Source: Callorhinchus milii
Taxonomy: Eukaryota
Direction of reading: 5' to 3'
Assembly: GCF_018977255.1 (NCBI RefSeq)
Contig: NW_024704743.1
Coordinates: 116,066,001 to 116,130,000 of the forward strand
DNA length: 64,000 nucleotides
In this document: piece by piece, positions 38,109 through 48,897 of the stretch
Layout of the letters: every line of letters starts with the position of its first letter
Numbering within the stretch: position 1 is the stretch's first letter
Notes under the pieces: generated by a model
Databases searched by the model: none
Seen by the model: the letters and a program-made list of their open reading frames with translations, nothing else
Told to the model about the DNA's origin: nothing
Program-made: the position numbers and the translations under genes

Positions 38109-38665
38109 GTAACCAGATAGAGCAATTCACTGAGAATTACCCTGATAACATTATCTCAAAAGAACCTCACAGCTCACCTTATAGACATAGATAAGTTGCT
38201 AAATAAGAAAGAAAGCCGAGAACAATGCTTTCAGATACGCCAAGACAACAGGACATAAGACATAGGTCATAATAATAATAATAATCCTTGCATTTGATAT
38301 AGTGTCTTACCTTATATAGTGCCTCTACAGCTTCACAAGATTTGCTGTAAAGTACAGTGAATCTGTATTTTGTAGGATCAGGTTGCAGGACAGACACTAG
38401 GAAATATTTCTTCATAAACAACGTATTAAAAGTTGGGAACGGGATACAAGGACAGTTGAGGACAGGAACGCTGTACTCATTTAAGCTGCTTGATGTTGTA
38501 GCGGGAAGATGGTAGGGTGGGATTGAATGGGCCAAAAGATTGTCTGAACCTTTCTTGTGATATTGTAGCTGATTCCAATCAACTATGCATGAAAATCTAT
38601 GGAAATGTTGCAAAAAATGGCATCTCAAGAGTAGTAACTCTCAGCCCTGCTACATGACTGCATTT

Positions 38666-39030
38666 GGAGGCCTGTATGTAGCTTAGTGGTTAGAGCACTC
38701 GCCTCGCAAGCGAAAGGACCTGGGTTCGATTCCCGGCAGGGCGAAACATTGGGCAAGTTTCTTTACTCCACATGCCTCTGTTTACCTAACAATAAGTAGG
38801 AAACTAGTTGTTAGTCGATTGGCAGTTTGCTTTTCCAGGAGTAATCCCATCAAAAAAAAATTTGATCACTTGATTCAGGACTGTTTGTGAGATACTGCTG
38901 TGCGAAATTGGCTGCCGTGTTTCACTCACAAAACATAGTCAATTCATTTTACAATATATTTTGTGAAGCCCTTTAAGACGTCTGGAAGACGTGAAAAGCG
39001 CTATATCAAATGCAAGGATTATTACTATTA
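38666..39030 (+). mobile_element. tRNA-Ala-headed SINE, here called family B, long form
   Basis: A box tagcttagtgg, B box ggttcgattcc, then ttgggcaagtttctttactccacatgcctctgtttacctaacaataagtagg, then the same 3' tail as family A. Confidence 0.85.
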
Positions 39031-40163
39031 TAAGATTTATTGGAAGATTGCTAAGGTTACAACTTATCTTTAGGAGTCTCTGCTCAAAGTGTTAGAGTTC
39101 TAAGAACATTTTAATTCACAGACAAAGGAAAGTTTGTGAAAGCGTCCTTTGCCGCATATATACAATGATTGACTGGCTGCCAATTGTTAAAAATCACCAC
39201 CTGAATCGGGTTCGCAACATTGCTGATTTAAGTAGCTGTTGCTGTTCGGTCCATTAGTGGCACCACAAGCCATCAATCAGGCACTATTCTACAACTGCTG
39301 GCAACGTGGCAAGTTTGTCTCCAATAAGAAAGTACAGAAAGCAATGAAGATGTTGGGACTGAGACATACTCGGTGCCTGCCTGTTAAAATAATCTGTCAC
39401 CCATTACCACTGTGGTTTAGATAGATATTAGCCTTAAAGTTCCTCTTGGTGATCTTCAATGCTCTCCCTGTCCCTTTTCCTGTCCAATCTCCTCAAGCCC
39501 CACTCTCTCTCTCCCCCCAGCACTCTGCAAGCTCAGGCCTGTTGATGTTCCCCGCCCCCTCGATTCCACTGCTGGAGGCCAATCTTCAGGTTTTCAGCCA
39601 CGATTTCCCCTGCTTTGTGAAACTTCCTCCCCAAAGTCTCATCACCTCAAATCCTCTCACCATGCCTTCAAAAATCTTCTAAAACAAAAATATGTTTTTG
39701 ATCATGTCTTCGGACACTGTCCTCCTACCTCACTTTCCCCCACCTCGGTGGCCCTCACTATCCATGTGAAATGGCAACATCTGATGCTGAGGAGAAAGGG
39801 AGAAAGGGGAAATGACAGGAGGCACGGGGGTTGAAGAGGAAAGTCTTCAGGTGCAATAAATCGTGTGTATCTTGGTCTTCTTTCCCCCAGAAAATTGTTA
39901 TATTCTTATCGGCAAAGATGGAGCTAGGTGAAGGGATTGAGGTAGGGAATTCCAGAGGGTGTGGGCATAGTGGCTGAAAGCACGGATGCTGATTGTGGAA
40001 CAGAGGGGCGGGGTTGAGATACGTGCAGAAGGCCTTAGCCAGATGAGCAAAAGGAGCGTGTGGAGGAGTGGGGTATGAGCAGGTCAAATAGACATTTGAT
40101 TTTATTTGCACTATGATATTCTCCCCCTTCCCTGTCCCCCCTCCCTCTCCCTTTCACTCTCAG

Positions 40164-40338
40164 GGACGTAAAGGAAAGGACACCCCCATAAAAGAGACCA
40201 AAGTGTCCAACTCCCGTCGATTTATAGCCACCTTCAATGTGGCTCAGACGGTACGAAGTGATGCTGACCACTACCGCTGTGTGACTCATTCCATCACTGG
40301 CTCCGGAGTCTCCAACTATGCAGAGTTAGTAGTGAAAG
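40164..40338 (+). CDS. PTPRM: PTPRM-like coding exon, Ig domain C-half (equivalent to exon 6)
   Basis: ctctcag|GGA acceptor, AAAG|gtgagt donor, 175 bp, phase 0 to 1. Translates GRKGKDTPIKETKVSNSRRFIATFNVAQTVRSDADHYRCVTHSITGSGVSNYAELVVK, with the Ig D-x-x-x-Y-x-C motif and SNYAELVVK. Confidence 0.95.
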
Positions 40339-41672
40339 GTGAGTTTTGCATTCATTCCTTTGCGCTTTTGTATTCCATTCTTCTTTACCTTCCATGTGAA
40401 TAATGTGATTTTGTCGCTGTCGCCAAAGATTTGACCTTGAGATCTGGCTGTTTGATGGAAACCATGCCACAGTTAATGCTTCTCACAGACTCTGCCCGAG
40501 CCTCTCTCTGAGAGGGAAATAAAAACTTTTGTTGTAAGGTAGGAAGAGTGACTCCAACAGATCGCAGTAGTAATTCTATCGTTGCTCTAACCCTCAACCA
40601 AGGCTCACTGATGTTTGTGGGACGTTGCTGGGACGCATTAGCAGCACGTTTTACAGAGCAGTCACTAGACCTGGAACAAACTCTTTGTGTCGAGTGTTCT
40701 GAGACATTTCAAAGCAATAAGTTGCAATGTCAACATAAGAACATAAGAATTTTCTAGATGAAAGAAGATCAAGGTCCATCCAATTCACCTTCCACCAACC
40801 TGGCAGCCACATGCACATGTCACATCCCAAACTATATACTGTATCCCAAGATATTATTTCCTAAAAGAAATCTATCTAATTTGCTTTTGAAAGGATTTGA
40901 TGATTTGCTTGTCGAGTGCAACAATACAGCAACTTATCAATTCCTCTGCTCCCAGTATTAAAAAAAGGGAGTTTCTCCCAGTGTTCCAGCCAACAATCTT
41001 TAAATAAAAACTGGTCATTTACTTCAGGGATTTTTGTGAACATCACTGTTTGCAAATTAGCTGCCGAGTTCACCAACAAAACACAAACTTTACCAAAAAT
41101 GCTGTGACGCACTTTAAGATATCCTCCTGACATGATAGGTATGATATGAAATGCAATGATTATTATTATTGTTATTATTGATGGAGCTTGAATAATGTAA
41201 TTCCAGTTAGAGAGCTGTGGGTAATTAGATGAATGTAGAAAGCTTACGAGTTTTGGTGTTGTAATTCTTCCTGAACTTGGCAACTCTCAGCTAGATGCAG
41301 AATGAGGGTAGGAACTTTATCTGTTTTGAAGGGCCTGTATTTTATATATTTATGGCAAACGTAACAGTGAATAAACTAACATAAAAATAGCTGTCCTGGC
41401 ATCATCAAACTTTAGTTGAAGCATACAGAAATGAGAGTGGTATAGGAGGAATAGACTAGTTAGGCTGAATGGTTTGGTTCTGTGCTGTATCAGTTATGCA
41501 ATATGTAACTTCACTCCCTCCTTTTCCTCTCCCCCAAAACCCCTGCACCTTGCACACACACACTTGCACACTCTCACACATGTGAGTGCAAACACACACA
41601 TGTGCACTCTTAACAAGTCGCAAACATGAACTCCCATATAACCGCCAGTGTACTCAGGTGGACTCTCTCAGA

Positions 41673-41893
41673 TAATAATAATAATAATCCTTGCATTTGA
41701 TATAGCGCTTTTCACGTCGGGAGGACGTCCCAAAGCGCTTCACAGAACACACTGTAAAGTGAATTGACTGTATATTTGTGGGCGAACGCGGCAGCCAATT
41801 GCGCACAGCAATGTCCCACAAACAGTCGTAGATTGAAAATGAACAATTTTTTTTTATTATTGTTTTTTGGTTTTTTTGGAGGGATTATTATTA
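41673..41893 (-). mobile_element. Head-less SINE tail module with inverted termini
   Basis: Same boundaries as 23169-23378. Confidence 0.8.
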
Positions 41894-42889
41894 TCTTGTT
41901 GATACTCGTCAACAAGGTGATGACTCACCACTGTAATCATAGACAGACTGCAGACATGGTTGGGAAGAGAGACTGCAGACATGGATGCAATGGGCATGGA
42001 GAGAAGGAATAACATGACCAAACCCAGTGGCAGCCGGTTTCATAGCCAAGACCAATAATTTATATTTTGAAATAGACTGAGAACAGGAGAACTGTCTGCC
42101 TTCATGCAGATGGGCCTCTTTGTCAAATGCCCTTGCCTAGTTGCGTGCCCACTCGCAACAAGTACAAGCATTTTTCTTTCACAAACAAGCCAGTCAATTG
42201 ACTGGATTTCAGTCATCATTCGATCCCTGTCATTTGAAAGTTACGTGCTGAAAAGCCTGCCAACATTCAGTGTTAAAGCTGCGCAAAGTGATTTGCTGAT
42301 TGACAGGGCTAGTCCTAAATGCCATGCTTCATAGACAGGAAACTGACTAGGAGAAGTTTTTAGGAGATGGGATACAATTGGGTAAGGGGATTCTAGGCTC
42401 AGGGGCAGATGAATTGTTGGAAGGAAAATATTCTTGACAATGAGCATCTAGGTCCTGCTGCTCCATTAGCCGAGGCAGAGCTGCTCTCTGAAATGCACGC
42501 AGCCTTGTACAAAGTGCTCAATTCTCTTTGTTCCCTTTATATTTTTATCCCGGTTCCCCGCCTCCTCCAGTGCTCTGTGCGACCCCTCTCACAGTCAGCC
42601 ATGCAAGGCTCTTTCAGTGTGAAAGCTAGGACAGCTCCACAGTGTAATTAGCTGACAGGGCAAACGCTTAAAGCCACGGTAGCTTCTATTCACAAAGCTT
42701 TTTCCAAGGCCTGGAAACAGTTTTTTACATTACATGTTGTGCAAGGTAGTGATTTGTTGTGAAAAAAAGCAAGCGGAAAGAATGCATTTTTTTCACCTAC
42801 AGATCCCAAAAGGCTTTGATAACTAAGGATCTATTATCTCCCTTCTCCTCTTTATTCAAGGTGAAAGCCCGACCTTATTTTACTTCATG

Positions 42890-43250
42890 TACATTCCTCT
42901 CACTCATCTACAAATCCGTTTGTGCCTTTGCACCTCCAGAACTCTGCAGCTACCTTTCTGACCTGCTTTTTCCCACTCCACTACCCAGTGTCTCTGCTCG
43001 GCTGGCTCTGGCCTCCTGCTTGTCCCTCGTCCCTTCCACTTCATCGTCGGCAACCTCACTTTTGGAGCTCTCTCCCCCAATCACTCCGCCTTTCCTCCCA
43101 TCTTTTAGATCACGACTGAAGACCTTCCTCTTTGACTGTGCTTACGGTCATCTCCACCCTCCCACCAGCTCAGCATCAGGTTCCATCAAGATGTTCCGAG
43201 ATACTGCCCTGCGTGAAGGGCACTATTTAAAAACAAATTGTTGTTGTTGT
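42890..43250 (+). mobile_element. Degenerate L2 3' fragment
   Basis: SYLSDLL..FRSRLKTFLFDCAY plus a ttgttgttg tail. Comparable remnants lie at about 19790-20030(+), 30270-30520(+), 30720-31105(-), 39430-39720(+), 39790-40085(-), 45930-46290(-), 46420-46572(-), 49990-50130(+) and 50570-50705(+). Confidence 0.7.
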
Positions 43251-44998
43251 ACTATCAGTCAAAAAATATTAGCAGAATAAAACAGTGGGACAGCAGTGGT
43301 ACAGATTGAGGCAGTGCACCTATTAGATTGACCACGGATAAGATTTTGAAGAAAAAGAACACAGAGGGTGCGGGGAAAGAGGAGGAAATTGGGATTAGTG
43401 TAAATTAACTCCTAGTCGGGGCACTTGCACCAGTTTTCATACCTGATGGGCCAAATGACTTCCACCAAACATGCTCTAACTTCAGTGATTCTAAAAACTT
43501 TTCCCTGAGTAAAACTTGTCATTATCTCAGGCCTTTGTATTCAAAGCAGGGGAGAAACCAGTGCAAGTTTGGATCACACCTTTCTCCCAGGCACATACGC
43601 ATTTACCTTTCTGCAACAGGTTCAGAGAGGTGTGAATAACGCATGTTAATCAGCGTGGATCACACGTTCTGCGAGCACTTTCCTTTTTGATAAGTTTCAA
43701 GTCTAGCCTTTGCCAGCCCCCTTGTACAATGCTTTATAGATGCCCTGGAAGAAGTCAGCTGAGTGGGGGGGAACGGGTGAGAGAGAAAGTGTTGGTAATT
43801 GTGTAACCTTTGCTCATTAGTTTCTGAATTGCTAAACAGCAATCGCTGATCAGCACAGATTAGACTGCTCTGATTTTGCTCGGCTCATTTCCACTCTTGT
43901 GCCAAGCAGCACTCGCCCTTCTGTGGAGAGGCCACATGTTGATCTCTTGGTTGCTACGGAGCTTTGTGACTGGATGGCGGTGTATAATTACAGCCTTCAG
44001 GAATATCTCCTGGAATTGGTCAAAACATTTGCGCTGGGTGCCTCCACTGATGGAACAGCCCAAGGGTATAATTCCATTAGCGCTTAATGGGACAGCAATA
44101 TAATTAGCATAATTCCTGCTGGGCCTGCTAGACAGATCCCAAGGCACGAGCCTGCCCTGAGGTGTCCTGTCCCGACTTTAATTTCTTTCCTCAAAGTCTC
44201 ACGCTGACGGAATCGTTTTTTTCCCCTTCACCCCCCAACCCCCTCAACTCCCCTACTCCCATCACCTCCATTTTTGAATTAATTCTGTACCAAAGGAAGC
44301 CAAACAGAAGCAACAACAACTTGCTTCTTTATAGCACCCTTCATGCAGCGCTTAACGGCAGTTTGGTTTGAAAGCAGTGTTTTAACACAGAATGACACAG
44401 AATTATTAATAATAATAATCTTTGCATTTGCATTACCCACAGAAAGCGATCCGCCAATCGACTAACAAACGGGTTCCTACTTACTGCTCGGTAAACAGAG
44501 GCGGGTAGAGTAAAGGAGACTTGCTTAAGGTTTCGCCCTTAATTACAGTTGATTCACTTTACAGCATAATCTGTGAAGCGCTTTGACGTGATAAGGCGCT
44601 ATATCAAATGCAAGGTTTATTATTATTAGTACCAAGGAGTTTTCACTAAACATAAAAGATAGATTGTCACTGCTTAATGGCATTAGCACTGGAGAGGTTT
44701 TTAGTGTGGGAATCAATCTGCCCCTCTCCAGCCCTCGTAGTATCTGGTTTAAACCCCGAAGGATTAAAACCCAAACTGCTATTAGAAATTCATGCCTCTG
44801 CTCAATCCCATAGCTCAGCTAAGTTTGTCCACTGGGTATCAGCACTGCTGTGCTAACTCCTCAATGGAGCCCTCTATTTAATTCTATTTCCCTCCCCTTT
44901 TCCTCAACGGAATTGTAGAAGTTCACAGAATAGTTGAACCGCACGTTAGAGCTGTGCTGAGTTTGTTGGCCTCAGCTTTGGCAGGATAGTCCCAGTCG

Positions 44999-45463
44999 TG
45001 CATCAGCCTGGCTCAGTTTATAGAACTCTCATCTCCTGAGTCAGAAGGTTGTGGGTTCAAACTCCACATCAGGGATTTGAACTCACAGTCTTGGCTGACG
45101 CTCCAATGCGGTGCTGGAGGTGAAGTGCATTGTTAGCGCTTGGGAAGCACTGCATTGTTGGAGATGCCATCTTTCGGATCAGACATTAAACTGAGGTCCC
45201 GTCTGCCTATTTGGGTCGACGTTAAAAATCTAATGCTGCCGTTCAAAAAGAGAAGGGAGTTCCTCCTAGTGTCCTGGCTAACAATCCTCCAGATAAAATT
45301 GGCCATGCACTTGTGGCTGTTTGTGGGACATTGCTATGCACAAAACTATCTGCTGCATTGGCCGACAAAACACAGTCGCTGCACTTAACAATATATCCAG
45401 TGAAGCACTTTGAGACATATTCCTGACATAAAAGACGCTGTACAAAATTCAAGGATTATTATT
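44999..45463 (+). mobile_element. Full-length tRNA-headed DeuSINE (SacSINE1-like), here called family A
   Basis: Pol III-like boxes tggctcagtt and ggttcaaactcc. Central ...gacgttaaaaatc...aaaaagagaagggagttcctcctagtgtcctggc resembles the Deu domain as I recall it. L2-like tail ends aaggattattatta. Confidence 0.8.
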
Positions 45464-48400
45464 ACATTTATGAGAGGGGCTACAAATGGCCTCAACACCT
45501 CGAGGGTAAGGAAAGGGAACCATTAAATTAAGGTTCCTGCTCCTTATCCCCACTCAGAAACGTTCTTTCTGCAAGGTGCTCGCTCATGAGTTCAGGTTGG
45601 GTGATGGCCAGATCGGGCTCGGCTGCACTAAATGACCTGCCAGCCCTTGCAACCAAGGCTCACATGCTTGGGAAAGATACCGAAGGCAATTGGTGTCTGT
45701 GGAACCGTATCCCAGTGGGAGGAGGAAAGCGATCAGAGACCTGAAATTCCAGTTCCTCTTCATCCTATAAAACTGGTTTGTCTTCAAGTTGTTCGCTTCA
45801 CTTTACAGCAAATCCTGTAGTCGAAGAAGCACTTTGGGGCATCCTCCTGATGTGAAAAATGCTATATCAAAATCAAGGATTATTACATTTGAAATTGCGT
45901 GGAATTGTGGAAAATTCTTAAACTCAGTATAAATTTGGAAGCTGCTTTTCAGGGGGCTTTCAGGGGCCGAGATGAAGGGTTAATGGAGGTGGGAGGGGGT
46001 CAGGTTTTGGGGGTTGGGAGCGCAGTGACTGAAGGCTTGGCCACTAGGGCAGAAGGGATGAGATACAAGAAACAAGGATGAGTTTGCCGAATAGAGGGAG
46101 GGTGGTGACCAAGATAGTCAAGCTGGAGAAGGTCACAGCTATGTGAGCGAATGTGAGGATGTTGACATTGATCTGCTGGGAGCCAGGGAGCCAGTGCAGC
46201 CTGGAGTGACTGGAGGTGATATGCAAGAGAAGAGGTTAGTACTAGTAAGGGTGCTAGCAATGGAATTGTGGATGAGCTGTAGCCTGTGGATAATAATACT
46301 AATTCTTGCATTTGATATAACACCTTATCATCATTCAGACGTCTCAAAGCGCTTCACAGAATATATTGTAAAGTTAATTGACTGTATTTTGTGGGCGAAA
46401 CACGGCAGCCAATTGCACACAACAACAACACATTACATGTGTATAACGCCTTTCATGTTGGGAGGACATCCCAAGGTGCTGGACAGTCAGGGATTTGGAC
46501 CTGAGCAGGAGGTTGGGATCGGGAGGGGTGGAAGGTAGGGAGTGTAGGGGTAGGAAAGTGACCGAAGGCACCCTTTTTTTTTACTGTTAACAACCTACTC
46601 ACTCCAAGGAAAACGAGGTGTGCAGACTAAGGAAACTTGCCTAAGGTTTTGCTCCACCTGGGAATTGAACCCAGGTCCTCTCATTTGTTAGGAGAGTGCA
46701 CTAACCACTACACTATGGGACTCCAGGGGGATTGAGGGATGATGGAGCTGGGAGGCCAGGGAGAAAGGCGTTGGAGAAGAGTCTGGAGATAATAATGGTT
46801 TTACCCACTTTATACGTAAAGCTATCGAAAATAACTTCCCTATTTGTGCGACTCAGATTCCTTATCAAGGAATTTTATAAAGCAATTAGATTCTACAGCA
46901 CATTCCCCAACCCGGTGAGCAGAGCAAAGCAGATTAGACTCACATTGTTATTGTAAGGTTCTGTTGTCTGCCCACCAACCAGTTTAACCTTTTGTTCGGA
47001 TCTTGGTAGGAAATTCTTATCTGCTTAAGAATAAAACATTTTATTTCTTAGCCGATCGGGCTGGGAGATTTAGCTGTTTGGTCTGAGATCTGCAGCGAAG
47101 ATACAGTCAGAATGATTGAATTACCCCTCTGTGGCCTTTCAACGTGACATTTGTGCCTGTCACAATCTTACATCTGAAAAGATGTTTCAGATATTTCTCT
47201 CCATTTTTTAACTTATCTCTTGCCACCTCCCATGCTTTCGGTGTATGTTTTTTCACTGCTTTCACTCCCTCTGTTCCTCTCCCACCCCCATCTCTCTGGC
47301 CAATTAATTAATAATATAATAATAATAAAATAATAATATCAAATTATATATCAAATAATAATATGAAATAAAATCCTTGCATTTGATGTAGCACTTCTCC
47401 GATTGGGAAGACATCTCAAAATGCGTTGCAGGATTCACTGTAAAGTGCAGTGATTGTGTGTTTTGTAGGTGAACGCAGCAAACAATATGCACAAAGCAAT
47501 GTCCCTCAAACAGCCATGAAATAAGTAACCGACTTTAGCTGGGAGATTGTTGTCCAAGGCACTAGGAAAAACAGCCTTCGCTTTTCCGCATAGTGCATGT
47601 AATCTTTAATGTTAATGCACACACACCCCTACAGCACTGTCTTGGAGTCTTAACCTAGAGTATGAGTTCAAAGTCCCTACCTTTAGGCATTGTTTACGCA
47701 CTGTTAAAAAAACAAGTGTAAAGACATGCTGTAAAGTATGGGCAGTCCATTTTCAGGCATCGCAACCCCAATCAACAGGGAACGAAAAGAAAACCAAGGC
47801 AGAAAGACATTGCTGCCAAATATAGCGCTTTTTGTTTTTCTATTACGGCAAGCAAACAGCAGCTGGAACACTCTGTCCATCTTCAGTCTATTCATCGGAT
47901 ATGATTGTCTATAATGTATCTGCCATTCCCATCTCTCCTGCCTAAGTGTTTAATGGGCCGTAAAACTCCCTGCTGAACTGCCTGGATCCCGATATACATG
48001 TGCATGTACATCACTGAGATATCACAGTGTTACGTGATTCAGAATTCAAATTGTAGATCTTTAGTTCTCTTGCTCTCTCTCCATTTACAGCTCCTCTTCA
48101 GAATAGGAAAATAAAGGATAATCCTTGCATTTGAATACAGCATCTTCAGGCTGAAACTTCTCTAAGTACTTCACGGTTAATTCCTACCAAGTGTAGTGAC
48201 TGTGTATTTGTAGGCGAATGTGGCAGCCAGTTTGGCTGATAGCATAGTTCTGCAGACAGCCATGAAGTGAATGTATGATTCCGAATGAGTTTGGTTTAGC
48301 ATCTGATCTGAAGGGTGGCAGGTTTGACCCTGCTGCACTCCCCATGTCCTGCACTGGAGTGTCAGATGAGACTGACACCACAACCACCTAATCCAGGATT

Positions 48401-48578
48401 GCGCTATCCAATTGAGTCAGGCTAACATCTGGCTTCTCTGTCTAAATTCAATCCAGCTAAATTTATATTTCACTCACAAAATATACAGTCAATTCACTTT
48501 GCTGTATCGTGTGTGCAGTGCTTTGAGACGTCTCGAATATGTGATGAGGCGCTATATCAAATGCCAGAGATATTATTA

Positions 48579-48897
48579 GTGGAGTCCTGTAGCTCAGCGC
48601 TTAGAGCGCTCGCCTTGCAAGCGAGAGACCTGAGTTCAATTCCAGGCAGGGCGAAACCTTGGGCAAGTTTCCTTACTCCACACGCCTAATAATAATCCCT
48701 CCAAAAAAACAAAAACAGGAATAGATTGGTCATTTTCAATCCACGACTGTTTGTGGGACACTGCTGTGCGCAATTGGCTGCCGCGTTTTGCCCACAAATA
48801 TACAGTCACTTCACTTTACAGTTTATTCTGTGAAGCGCTTTGAGACGTCTGGAAGACGTGAAAAGCGCTATATCAAATGCAAGGATTATTATCATTA
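48579..48897 (+). mobile_element. Family B SINE, short (internally deleted) form
   Basis: The tRNA head is joined at ccacacgcc|taataataatccctcc directly to the tail module. Confidence 0.85.

Noticed and set aside
41945..41985. Short direct repeat agactgcagacatgg x2, and a degenerate ~20-bp tandem at about 13645-13725
   Set aside because: Small local slippage-type duplications with no further structure.
48579..48660. Bona fide tRNA-Ala genes (also at 38666, 58544 and 63630-63705)
   Set aside because: Each is fused to SINE body and tail sequence, lacks an adjacent oligo-T terminator, and carries copy-specific stem mismatches.
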